This document shows positions 29,458 through 39,098 of a stretch of 64,000 nt of DNA, piece by piece. The stretch is from Candidatus Melainabacteria bacterium GWF2_37_15 (GTDB taxonomy: Bacteria; Cyanobacteriota; Vampirovibrionia; Gastranaerophilales; UBA9971), in NCBI GenBank assembly GCA_001784565.1, contig MFRL01000090.1, positions 6,378 to 70,377 of the forward strand, given 5' to 3'. The notes beneath the pieces were generated by a model that worked only from the letters and a program-made list of their open reading frames with translations, made no database searches and was not told where the DNA came from. The position numbers and the translations under genes were made by a program. Each line of letters begins with the position of its first letter. Within the stretch, counting starts at the first letter, position 1.

Positions 29458-31533
29458 ATGGAAAATAATGTTCTGGCGAAGAATTTAAAACTTATATCAA
29501 AATATAACAGGAATTTATCGCAAAAAATATCCGATATAGCTGAATTAAAAGGAAATTATGAAATAAAAGAGGCTAAATCAGGTGATTCTATATTGTTTAA
29601 AAATGGAATTCCTTTTGATGACGGACTTGATCCGGTATGGAACTCACTTGAAAAATGCAACAAAATTGAGAACAAAACTAACAAAAGCATTACAGTTATG
29701 TATGGACTGGGTCTGGGCTACTTATTAAAAGAATTCGCAAAAAGATATAAAGGGAAAATCATAGTTTTTGAGCCAGACTTGGAAACACTGAGGATTGCGC
29801 TGGAATTAGTGGACTTTTCCGAGGAATTAGAAAATAAAAACATCAAAATAACCAATAATTATGAGGATGTACGGGCAGCTTACCTTGAATTATTCTTTAA
29901 AGATTACACTTTAAACCTTGTTCCTGTAAATTATTATGAAAATGCAAATATAGCTGAAATCAAGGAATTTAAAGACCAGATAGAAAAAATCCATGGCGTT
30001 TATCAGTCTAATTACAGCAATTTAATGAAAAAAGGGGCCAGATGGACTTTATGTTTATTTAATAACGTTCCGAACGTTATAGAAAATCAGGACTTACACG
30101 TCTTTAAAAACAAGTATAAGGGCAAAACAGCCGTCATAATTTCAGCAGGCCCGTCTTTAGATAAAAACATCCAGGATTTAAAACCTTATAGAGATAAGGT
30201 AGTTATTTTTTGCGTTAGTACAGCGCTTAAAACAGTCCTAAAACACGACATTATGCCCGATTTTGTGGTGGCTATTGAAATAAGCCCTAATACTAAAATA
30301 CACTTTAACGTGCCTGAAATGGCCGACCTCAAGCTTATTACCGCAACCAATGTGTTTAATGGAGTCTTTGATTTAAAACCAAAATGTTTCCTGAATTACT
30401 ATATAAATAAGGATGCTGCCTGTCAGTGGTTAGGCAGTACGCTGCAAGTGCCGCTACATGAGTACGAATCAGCGGGCACTGTTTCAATAATAGCCTTTTA
30501 CTCCGCTAAAATGCTGGGTACAGATAAAATTATCCTAATTGGGCAAGACCTGGCTTATACTGATAACAAATGCTATTCCAAAGATTCTGTTTATGGCAGT
30601 TACGAACTCGATAATTCGAAAAAAATAAATGTTTCTGACATAGATAAACTAAAACACGAGTTGGATGCTGATGATCAAAAGATCGAAAGACACGTTGAAC
30701 TGTTAAATAAGGATTTATACTATGTTAGAGGATATAATGGCGGTAAAGTCCTCAGCAGAAGCGACCTCATACTATTTATTGTGTACTTTGAGGAAATAGC
30801 TCAAAAACTCTGCTCGGAAATTAAACTTATTAACTCAACGGAAGGAGGCGCGTATTTAAACGGATTTGAGCATATATCTTTAAAAGAATCTCTTGAAAAA
30901 TACACAGCTGAAGATATTGATAAAGAACTACCTTGGAATGCCTTAATGCTAGATAGCACGGATTTAAAGAAAAGAAAAGGCGCTGTTTTAAATGAGTTAA
31001 GAGGAATCATTAAAAATTATTACCAGGTGAGGGATTTAATAGCAAATACTGTTAAAAATAACATATTATTCTGTTTTAACCCTGATACGATTAATGAATA
31101 CGAACAAATCACGCTATTTTATCAAAACTCACATAAAAATATATTTATGAAAAATTTAAATAATATTTCCTTAAACGCTGAAGAGAAAAAACTAAGAGAG
31201 GACTTCATAAATACAAGAACAAATTATAGTCACTTATACGACAGGGACATGGACAATTTATTTAAAGAAAACCCGGAAAAATTTGCTGAAAATTTAAAAA
31301 CAATAAAGAATAATTACTTTGTTATAAAAGAAGTTCTTTATAACAATGTTTTCTTAAAAAATCTATACATCAATTACTTTTTAAAAGCAGATAATCTATT
31401 CCGTGATTTTGAGAATACTGATGAAAATTTAAATAACCTATTTAAATACTTAAGCGCAACTTTTATCCATATAAACAGAACAGCACCTGAATACATTAAA
31501 TTTTTAAAGGAAATAATAAATAGAATTGAATAA
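29458..31533 (+). CDS. motility accessory factor (Maf)-like DUF115 protein 1
   Basis: GKTAVIISAGPSLDKN...IFCVSTALK...PDFVVAIE...GTVS...GQDLAYTD is the DUF115/MptE-like core seen in Campylobacter/Helicobacter Maf proteins. Confidence 0.8.
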   Translation: MENNVLAKNLKLISKYNRNLSQKISDIAELKGNYEIKEAKSGDSILFKNGIPFDDGLDPVWNSLEKCNKIENKTNKSITVMYGLGLGYLLKEFAKRYKGKIIVFEPDLETLRIALELVDFSEELENKNIKITNNYEDVRAAYLELFFKDYTLNLVPVNYYENANIAEIKEFKDQIEKIHGVYQSNYSNLMKKGARWTLCLFNNVPNVIENQDLHVFKNKYKGKTAVIISAGPSLDKNIQDLKPYRDKVVIFCVSTALKTVLKHDIMPDFVVAIEISPNTKIHFNVPEMADLKLITATNVFNGVFDLKPKCFLNYYINKDAACQWLGSTLQVPLHEYESAGTVSIIAFYSAKMLGTDKIILIGQDLAYTDNKCYSKDSVYGSYELDNSKKINVSDIDKLKHELDADDQKIERHVELLNKDLYYVRGYNGGKVLSRSDLILFIVYFEEIAQKLCSEIKLINSTEGGAYLNGFEHISLKESLEKYTAEDIDKELPWNALMLDSTDLKKRKGAVLNELRGIIKNYYQVRDLIANTVKNNILFCFNPDTINEYEQITLFYQNSHKNIFMKNLNNISLNAEEKKLREDFINTRTNYSHLYDRDMDNLFKENPEKFAENLKTIKNNYFVIKEVLYNNVFLKNLYINYFLKADNLFRDFENTDENLNNLFKYLSATFIHINRTAPEYIKFLKEIINRIE

Positions 31534-31535
31534 AA

Positions 31536-33302
31536 ATGACTAAATTTGAACTTGTAAACGCAGCCTCAGGAGATGTAAACCTGATTTATAACGGAATCCC
31601 GCTTCACTGTAATAATAACCCCCAGCAGGAAGCAATGACTGAATTTCAAAAAATAAAAAACCTGACTTCAAAAAACATAGTAATAATAATAGGGCTAGGC
31701 TTAGGTTACCTGCTAAAAAGAGTATTTATCAGCTCAAAATGCAGAATTATTGTACATGAATCAAATGAAAACATATCAGAATTTACGCTTAAGGCTGTTG
31801 ATTTTAAGGAGGAACTCCAGAGTGGACGAGTGTTTATTACAAATACAATAGATGAATTAAGCAGTACTTTGGCTAAAGTGTACGGATTTAATGATAATGT
31901 TAATGTTTTAAAGCTAAAATCCTCGGATTTACTTTATCCTGACCTCATCAAGAATTTAAACTTTGAACTGCCTGCCATTGTTGCTACTTTACAATCAAAT
32001 TTCACAACATTATCTAAAATGTCCTGGCCCTGGCTAAGAAATAGCCTTTACAAGCTTAGAACAGACAAACCTGACTACGCATTAAGCATACTGGAAGGTA
32101 AATTCAAGGATAAAGCAGCACTTATTATATCAGCAGGGCCGTCATTAGATAAAAACATAGATATAATAAAGCAAAATAGGGAAAAATTTATCATTTTTTG
32201 TGTAAATGTAGCTTATAAAAAACTGATGTTAGCTGGAATTATTCCAGATTTTACATTTTACATAGATGCCGGTAACTTTTTATACACCATTAATAACTAC
32301 GATCATTCAAATACAAATATAATTACTCATCCCGTAGCCTATATGAGGATTCTGGAGGAACTTAACCCAAACAAATTCTTTACATTTTATTGTAAAAATG
32401 ACCTTCTATCAAGATGGGTTGCTAAATTTTCCGATTTTTCATTGGAAAATTATGAGACAAAAGGTTCAGTGTCACATTTGGCACTTTTAACAGCCTGTAA
32501 TATGGGCTGCAACCCAATTATCCTGACAGGGCAGGATTTAGCTTATACTGACGGGAAATACTACTCTTCAGGTAGTTTTTGGAGTGAAGGGTGTGAAAAC
32601 AATGAACGCTTTGAAAAGAAACTAAAAAAGTTACAAGAAACCGGTTCGATTAAAGTTAAAGGGCAAAATGGCGAAATTTTACTAAGTTCTCCTGATTATG
32701 CGGGATTTATAAATCATTTTGAGGAGTTTGCCAGAGGTCACAAAATTAAATTAATTAACTGTTCTACGGGCGGTGCGCAAATAAATGGCTTTGAAAACAG
32801 GGATTTAAGTGAAATCGCAAGCGAATTAAACACTTTAAACATGAATATAAACGAATTTCTTGATAATATTATTCAAACAGAAACCGACCCTGTTAAAGCA
32901 AACTACTCCAAAATACAGGACCAGCTAAAATTATTTGCTAATGATGTGCAAAAAGCTTATTCTGTTACAGAAAAAGGGCTTCAAAATATCAGAAATCTCG
33001 AACAGGAGCTAAGAAAGCCATATATTAACTCTGCTAAGGTTGGTCAATTGGCTAATAAGTCCTTGATTTTATTTAATGAACTTGAAAATGATCTATTCAA
33101 GAAGTGGAATTTTTCCCTATTATTAGCTTATAAGGAGCTGATGGAGTTTTATGCCATAATGGATGATGAAGCTAATAAAGACAATAACACGTTAATTTTT
33201 GAGCTGGCTAAAACCTTAAGACCTTTATTTGAAGTTGCTGGTGAACGTTTAAAAAGATTAAACCGCGGATTATTGCCTAAAATTTTGGGTCAAATAATTT
33301 AA
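31536..33302 (+). CDS. motility accessory factor (Maf)-like DUF115 protein 2
   Basis: Paralogue of the previous gene: KAALIISAGPSLDKN...IFCVNVAYK...PDFTFYID...GQDLAYTDGKYY. Confidence 0.8.
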   Translation: MTKFELVNAASGDVNLIYNGIPLHCNNNPQQEAMTEFQKIKNLTSKNIVIIIGLGLGYLLKRVFISSKCRIIVHESNENISEFTLKAVDFKEELQSGRVFITNTIDELSSTLAKVYGFNDNVNVLKLKSSDLLYPDLIKNLNFELPAIVATLQSNFTTLSKMSWPWLRNSLYKLRTDKPDYALSILEGKFKDKAALIISAGPSLDKNIDIIKQNREKFIIFCVNVAYKKLMLAGIIPDFTFYIDAGNFLYTINNYDHSNTNIITHPVAYMRILEELNPNKFFTFYCKNDLLSRWVAKFSDFSLENYETKGSVSHLALLTACNMGCNPIILTGQDLAYTDGKYYSSGSFWSEGCENNERFEKKLKKLQETGSIKVKGQNGEILLSSPDYAGFINHFEEFARGHKIKLINCSTGGAQINGFENRDLSEIASELNTLNMNINEFLDNIIQTETDPVKANYSKIQDQLKLFANDVQKAYSVTEKGLQNIRNLEQELRKPYINSAKVGQLANKSLILFNELENDLFKKWNFSLLLAYKELMEFYAIMDDEANKDNNTLIFELAKTLRPLFEVAGERLKRLNRGLLPKILGQII

Positions 33303-33320
33303 ATATGTAATTGTGCAAGA

Positions 33321-33358
33321 GGTAATATAATGATGGAAAAAGTTTATTCAATTATATT
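33321..33358 (+). repeat. relic copy of SD + first 9 codons of the CDP-ribitol synthase gene
   Basis: GGTAAT..ATGGAAAAAGTTTATTCAATTATATT encodes MEKVYSIIL then stops. 24 of 26 nt are identical to 39062..39037 on the other strand. Confidence 0.55.
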
Positions 33359-35009
33359 GATGTAAGAATGTAGCTTCAATATAATTCCAAATCCGCTCGC
33401 AAGAATTCCCATCAGGATTTTTAAAAGCCAAATTTTTTATTTCTATTCTTTTCTCCTGGTAATTATCAATATTACTTGTTAACATATTGTTGATTTCCTG
33501 CAAAAATTCATTCTGGCTATAACACTTAGAGCCGGGAGTTATCCAGTTATAATTAAACTGAATAGCCCTGTTATTAGTTACATAACTATCATAATCATAG
33601 GGGAAAAACAGGACAGGCTTATCTGTCAACAAATAATCCATATATATTGAAGAGTAATCAGTGATTAAAAGATCAATGTTTTTTAACACAGGGTAAATAT
33701 CTTTTACGTTGTTATAAATGATTATATTTTCAAATTTATTAAATTGAGCGTAATCCGCATTTGGAATCGGGTGAAACTTTAATACGAATACAATTTTATT
33801 TTCTTCTCCGTATTGTGACCATTTTTCTAAATTAATTATGCCATCAATAATAGGATCAGAACGGTCATCCCTGAATGTGGGAGCATATAATACTACCTTA
33901 TAACCCTGATTTTTCCTTTCAAGTATTTTATTATAATTTTCTGTATCTATTCCAATCAAATCAAGCTCATCAGCTTCCCTGAATAGCACATCGTTTCTTG
34001 GATACCCCCCTTCAATCACTTTTTTATAATTAAATGCGGGTTTAAAAACGTTTTCTGTATAAAATTTTGATGTTGAATTTAGCAGGTCGTATCTGGGAAA
34101 ACGGCGTTTTAAAAAATAAGTTTGTCTGTGTTTTATTGATTTCATATTTTCAATTATTTCGGGGTGCGTAAGTTCTATTGTTTTAAAGCCTACGCCATGC
34201 CAGAGCTGTATTTGTTTAGTCTTGGATAAAAGGTGGTATTTGCTTATATGAGAATCATTCGGGCTATCAGAAAAAATTACAATACACGCCCTCAATAGCT
34301 TCCACGCTGTTTTAAGATCAGGATAAAAACTAACAGGCAAATTCTTTCTTTTTAATAATTCAAAAGTACTTTTATCCTCTGTTAAAAGGCTGAAATTCAA
34401 CTTTTTCTTTTTTCTTATAATGTGATTATATAAATATTTAGTATTATCCAGGTAATGCCTGCCGCTCTTACCTATAAAAACGATTGAATTCCTTTTCTTA
34501 GGAATTAAAACCGCTAAAAATGTGCATGCTGCCCACATAACTAAATCACGCATTGAAGGTAAACAATCAAAAATATAAAGAATCGGATTTAAGGATTTTT
34601 CTGTTCCATCAGGCCAGACTTCATAATTGAAATCATATACAACCCTGCAATTTAAATTTTTCTCTTTAATATAATCTAAAATAGGCGGTATTATTTTATT
34701 TTTATTATGGTTTGTAGTTGTTATAACTATTAGGTCCAGTTTAAGAGCTTCAATCTCATTAAAAAAGAATATTTCATATCCAGCTATTTTTGTTCCTTTT
34801 TTACCAAAATCTTTATCTATACATCCTATGATATTTAAACCGGAAAGGTTAAAATTCTCGAATATTTCCCGCGCATAAACCCCTGCCCCGTAAAGAGCAA
34901 TTCTTTTATTTTTGTAAACGGCTTTTAATCTTGAGATTTTGTACCACAGTAATGGCTGCTGTATTTTACATAATGTCTTTTTTAACATTCTATCCCCATC
35001 AAAATTCAA
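33348..35009 (-). CDS. CDP-alditol/glycerol phosphotransferase (TagF/TagB family) with N-terminal Rossmann-like module
   Basis: YAPTFRDD, LKFHP and LITDYSSIYMDYLLTDKPVLFFPYDYD. The N-terminal module is YKNKRIALYGAG....NIIGCIDKD. Confidence 0.8.
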   Translation of the reverse strand: MNFDGDRMLKKTLCKIQQPLLWYKISRLKAVYKNKRIALYGAGVYAREIFENFNLSGLNIIGCIDKDFGKKGTKIAGYEIFFFNEIEALKLDLIVITTTNHNKNKIIPPILDYIKEKNLNCRVVYDFNYEVWPDGTEKSLNPILYIFDCLPSMRDLVMWAACTFLAVLIPKKRNSIVFIGKSGRHYLDNTKYLYNHIIRKKKKLNFSLLTEDKSTFELLKRKNLPVSFYPDLKTAWKLLRACIVIFSDSPNDSHISKYHLLSKTKQIQLWHGVGFKTIELTHPEIIENMKSIKHRQTYFLKRRFPRYDLLNSTSKFYTENVFKPAFNYKKVIEGGYPRNDVLFREADELDLIGIDTENYNKILERKNQGYKVVLYAPTFRDDRSDPIIDGIINLEKWSQYGEENKIVFVLKFHPIPNADYAQFNKFENIIIYNNVKDIYPVLKNIDLLITDYSSIYMDYLLTDKPVLFFPYDYDSYVTNNRAIQFNYNWITPGSKCYSQNEFLQEINNMLTSNIDNYQEKRIEIKNLAFKNPDGNSCERIWNYIEATFLHQYN

Positions 35010-35090
35010 TGATATTTTATTTTTTAATAACAGTCAATTATAAGTAAAATCCTTGACCGAAAGTGGGACACAGTTTAACATTTAATTATA

Positions 35091-36266
35091 ATGACAGAGA
35101 ATAACACTATAAATCAATTAAAAAATAATCTTCTGGTTTCTTTATTAAAAGATATACCTGCTGACAGTAAAATATGTATTTATGGAGCAGGAAAGACCGG
35201 ATTAATTTTTAAAGAAGGCATTGAACTTTCAAGAAAAGATATTGAAATTATATGCTATATTGACACCTATAAAACCGAAAATCTTGCTGGGATAGAAGTA
35301 ATAAAAGTATCAGACCTCATACCACTTGAAGGAAAATACGATTTTATAATAATCGCTTCTGCTTACTGGAATGAAATCGAACAACTTTTATTAAAATTAA
35401 ATATTCGCAGATATATTATTTTGGATTACCAAAAATATTGTTTATTTGCAGATCTCCATTTTGCTGATAAATCAACCCGAAACTATTTGATGGATATAAA
35501 GGAAAAAGAAGCTTTAACTCCCTTTTTTGAACAAACTAAAAACCTTCTCTTCTCCGATGAAGACAGAAAAATTTATAATTTGATAGTTAATGCCAGGCTT
35601 TCCGAAGAAAATTTTACTGATTTAAAAATCTATCAAAGTGTTAAACTGAACAAAAATAATCAATACCTTGATTTTATAAACAAAAAAGCTATTAAAAAAG
35701 TTATAGAAGCAGGAGTTTGCGCTGGAAATAATACGGTGTCCTTTCTCTCTTATTTTGAAAACGTCGAATATATATACGGATTTGAACCTCTATATGAAAA
35801 ATTTAAACAGGAACCGTTTGATACTATCATCAAAAAATCGGACAAAGTCTCAGTTATTCAGAAAGGATTGTGGACAAATAAAACCCAGATTATGTTTAAT
35901 GGATGGAAAGTAACTGAAAATCCCGACAGCAAAATTAGTAAAAGCAGTACTGATTTAAAAATAGATGCTACTTCTATCGATGAATTTGTAAAAGAAAATA
36001 ACATTGATAAAATAGATTTCGTTAAAATGGACATAGAAGGTGCAGAGATGGAAGCTTTAAAAGGAGGGAAGCAAACAATAATCAATCATAGGCCACAACT
36101 TGCTATTTCCATATATCATACAAATAAACATTTATATGAAATACCACTTTATTTAGATAGTATTTTAAATAATTATACCTATCGATTAGAACATTATACG
36201 TTACGCCAGTGGGACACTGTATTATATGCTATTCCAAATGAAAATTATAATTATTCTAAAGGATGA
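35091..36266 (+). CDS. FkbM-family methyltransferase with N-terminal Rossmann-like module
   Basis: FVKMDIEGAEMEALKGG....RPQLAISIYH. The N-terminus is KICIYGAGKTG...IICYID. Confidence 0.8.
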   Translation: MTENNTINQLKNNLLVSLLKDIPADSKICIYGAGKTGLIFKEGIELSRKDIEIICYIDTYKTENLAGIEVIKVSDLIPLEGKYDFIIIASAYWNEIEQLLLKLNIRRYIILDYQKYCLFADLHFADKSTRNYLMDIKEKEALTPFFEQTKNLLFSDEDRKIYNLIVNARLSEENFTDLKIYQSVKLNKNNQYLDFINKKAIKKVIEAGVCAGNNTVSFLSYFENVEYIYGFEPLYEKFKQEPFDTIIKKSDKVSVIQKGLWTNKTQIMFNGWKVTENPDSKISKSSTDLKIDATSIDEFVKENNIDKIDFVKMDIEGAEMEALKGGKQTIINHRPQLAISIYHTNKHLYEIPLYLDSILNNYTYRLEHYTLRQWDTVLYAIPNENYNYSKG

Positions 36267-36667
36267 TTAAAGGCATTAAAATGCAATACTTTGAAGAGTT
36301 TTTAAAAAAAATTAATTTTGAAAAACAATTAAAGAAAATGGCGAAAGTATATAAAAATAAAAAGATTTTAATATATGGCGCCGGGTCTTTTTATGAAGTT
36401 CTACATAGTAATTATGATCTCAGCTGTTTAAACATTATTGGTATTTCCGATAAAAATAAAACAGCCGGGAATGTTCAAACCTTGTATGGTTATCCTGCGA
36501 TTAAGCCAGGTGACATAAAAAAAATTAATCCTGATGTTATTTTAGTTGGCCTGCCTGATCCCATTTACCTCATTGAAGCACTTAAGATTGACTACAGCGG
36601 GATTAAAATAGCTCCGCTAGTTAATAAAGACCGTATTGAGTTTTTAAGAGAAATATTAAAAATATGA
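36263..36667 (+). CDS. stand-alone copy of the island's recurrent N-terminal Rossmann-like module
   Basis: 134 aa. KVYKNKKILIYGAGSFYEVL..YDLSCLNIIGISDKN. ATGA-type overlaps with both neighbours. Confidence 0.5.
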   Translation: MIKGIKMQYFEEFLKKINFEKQLKKMAKVYKNKKILIYGAGSFYEVLHSNYDLSCLNIIGISDKNKTAGNVQTLYGYPAIKPGDIKKINPDVILVGLPDPIYLIEALKIDYSGIKIAPLVNKDRIEFLREILKI

Positions 36668-37704
36668 TTAAACCACGAATTTCAGTAATTATTCCGATTT
36701 ATAACGCAGAAAACACATTGGAAAAATGCCTTGACAGCATAGTAAATCAGACTTTATCAGGTATTGAAATCATTTTAATAGATGATGGGTCTATGGATAA
36801 ATCTTTTGAAATAGCTAATAAATATGCACAGCAAGACTCCAGGATAAAACTAATCCGCCAGGCAAATCAAGGATTATCTGATGCCCGAAATAAAGGAATA
36901 AAAATAGCACAGGGAGAATATATTTCCTTTGTTGATTCTGACGACTGGGTTAGCGAAGAAATGTACGAGGAGCTGGTTAAGCAGGCTGAAGAACATAATA
37001 AACCCAACGTAATAAAAATCTACAATTACAAGGTTACACAAGCAGGAACCGCTACTGTTATTGCTTTTACTTTCCCGAATACATGTAATAAGAAAGCTGT
37101 ACTTACGGACAATTTAAAAGAAATAATGAAGAATTGTTCTTATGCAGTGTGGTCAGGCTTATGGAAAAAAGATTTTTTACATAAACATAATCTGTTTTTT
37201 GCGAAAAATATACATAACGGCTCGGATATTCTTTTTACCTGGCAGGCTATGATTCTCAGCAGGGAAGTTCTTCTGGTTTTTAAACCCTTTTATTATTATA
37301 ACTTATCAACCCCTTCTTCTGTTACCCGATCTATAAATAACAAATTTTTAGACCTTATAAAAGTTTTTAACCGTCAAAAGGATTTTATAATCGAACAAAA
37401 CAGGTACGAAGAATTGGAGCATACTTATCATACAAGGGCTTACAGCTATTTTAGCTTTGGCTTTAAAAGGGCTCTTATGTTGAGGGGAGTCAGGTTTCAC
37501 CGTTATTGCGAACTAAAACAGTTTTTTGATGAAATGCGTGAATTATCCAAAAATTGGGACCTAGAAAAAATAGATTTTGAAAATATATTCGAAAAGCAAA
37601 AACTTCTAACTATTCAGGAAAATAATTTTATCAAATACCTTATAAAAACCTGGGCTCTGGATATTAAAATTAAGGCATTATGGTTATATGTAATAAAAAA
37701 TTAA
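36664..37704 (+). CDS. family 2 glycosyltransferase
   Basis: ISVIIPIYNAE..L..CLDSI.NQT...IEIILIDDGS.D.S...ARN.G...A.GEYISFVDSDDW. Confidence 0.9.
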   Translation: MIKPRISVIIPIYNAENTLEKCLDSIVNQTLSGIEIILIDDGSMDKSFEIANKYAQQDSRIKLIRQANQGLSDARNKGIKIAQGEYISFVDSDDWVSEEMYEELVKQAEEHNKPNVIKIYNYKVTQAGTATVIAFTFPNTCNKKAVLTDNLKEIMKNCSYAVWSGLWKKDFLHKHNLFFAKNIHNGSDILFTWQAMILSREVLLVFKPFYYYNLSTPSSVTRSINNKFLDLIKVFNRQKDFIIEQNRYEELEHTYHTRAYSYFSFGFKRALMLRGVRFHRYCELKQFFDEMRELSKNWDLEKIDFENIFEKQKLLTIQENNFIKYLIKTWALDIKIKALWLYVIKN

Positions 37705-39062
37705 GATCTTGATTTTCTTACATCAATAACTTGTCCGGTTAAATCAGAGAGAACTGTTTTTAATGAATCAATCGCAACTTTTTCTGAGTTGAGAAGCGTG
37801 CCGTCCGGTTCTTTCCCGAAATTTTGGAACCTCATGGCAGTTGCGGTTCTTTCAGGGTTCATTACGTTTATTTTAACATTGTCCGGCAAAAATTCTTCTG
37901 CGAGTGCCTGCGCAAGGTTTACAACGGCGGCTTTTGATGAAGAATAAGGCGAATAGAGTGCCCGACCCCTTGTGTATGAACTGGAAGTAAACAACAGTAA
38001 GCTCCCCTTAGTTTGTTTAAGATACTCAATACCTGCTTTTACCACATTAATTGCGCCAATATAATTTATGTTTATTTCTTCTGTAATGCTTTTTATATCC
38101 CGTTCTTCGAGTTTTCCTATGTTAAGAACACCCGCGGTATTTATAATGAAGTCGATTCTATTTTCTTTCTCATAAACCTCTTTTAAAGCATTTTGAACGT
38201 TATCATAATTAATAACATCCACATTGTTTTTTCTAGAATAACCATAAACAATTGCTTTGTAATCCCGGGCTATTTTGCATATATCGCTACCGATCCCGCT
38301 ACTTGCGCCAAAAATAACTATAATTTTATCTTCTAAAGCATTGAGTGACACATTTTCAGGTACTTTATGGCTATTTATCTGGAAAAGCTTATCTGCAAGA
38401 AAAATATCCTCAGGATAAGTTAATTTTATGTTGGTTTCTTCGCCGTTAACTACATAAACATCAGCAAGATTATATTTTACAATAAGTCCGCAATCATCAG
38501 TAAATTCAGGGTTTTCTTCTTTTGCTGATAATTCATGCGCTTTTTTTATTAAGTTAACCTTGAATGCCTGTGGAGTTTGCCCCCTCATCATATATTTTCT
38601 TTTAGGTATATTCTCAATAATATTTTCGTCGTTAATCTGTATAATTGTGTCAGCGGATTTTATTGCCACATCCACTGCAGCAAACCTATCTAGCGCCTCA
38701 ACGCATTCATTGATTATTCTATCAGAAACAAAAGGCCTTACGGCGTCATGAATGAGCACCTTAGCGTTATCAACATTTATGGAGTTAATTCCGATAAAAG
38801 AACTTTCTTTTCGTGTTTCCCCGCCATTAAGAATTTTTGTAATTTTTTTATAATGGTTATTTATTACAATCTGCTCTGTTAGAGCCCTATACTCCGGGTT
38901 TATAACCAGTATTATTTCATCAATGGAATTATTTTTCTCAAAAATATCAAGGGTATGCTCAAGCACAGTTTTTCCGGCAATTTTTATGAATTGTTTAGGT
39001 TTATAATAATCAAATCTCTCTCCTTTGCCTGATGCTAATATTATTGAATAAATTTTTTCCAT
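37701..39062 (-). CDS. bifunctional cytidylyltransferase/short-chain reductase, Bcs1-like CDP-ribitol synthase
   Basis: The N-terminal half is IspD/TarI-like (IILASGKGERF..KQFIKIAGKTVLEH). The C-terminal half is an SDR (IFGASSGIGS, YSSSKAAV). This is the same architecture as H. influenzae Bcs1. Confidence 0.7.
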   Translation of the reverse strand: MEKIYSIILASGKGERFDYYKPKQFIKIAGKTVLEHTLDIFEKNNSIDEIILVINPEYRALTEQIVINNHYKKITKILNGGETRKESSFIGINSINVDNAKVLIHDAVRPFVSDRIINECVEALDRFAAVDVAIKSADTIIQINDENIIENIPKRKYMMRGQTPQAFKVNLIKKAHELSAKEENPEFTDDCGLIVKYNLADVYVVNGEETNIKLTYPEDIFLADKLFQINSHKVPENVSLNALEDKIIVIFGASSGIGSDICKIARDYKAIVYGYSRKNNVDVINYDNVQNALKEVYEKENRIDFIINTAGVLNIGKLEERDIKSITEEININYIGAINVVKAGIEYLKQTKGSLLLFTSSSYTRGRALYSPYSSSKAAVVNLAQALAEEFLPDNVKINVMNPERTATAMRFQNFGKEPDGTLLNSEKVAIDSLKTVLSDLTGQVIDVRKSRS

Positions 39063-39075
39063 TTATCCCATTACC
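39037..39075 (-). repeat. native SD + start of the CDP-ribitol synthase gene, inverted partner of 33321..33358
   Basis: GGTAATGGGATAAATGGAAAAAATTTATTCAATAATATT read on the minus strand. Confidence 0.55.
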
Positions 39076-39098
39076 TTTCTAATAGTTATTATAATATT

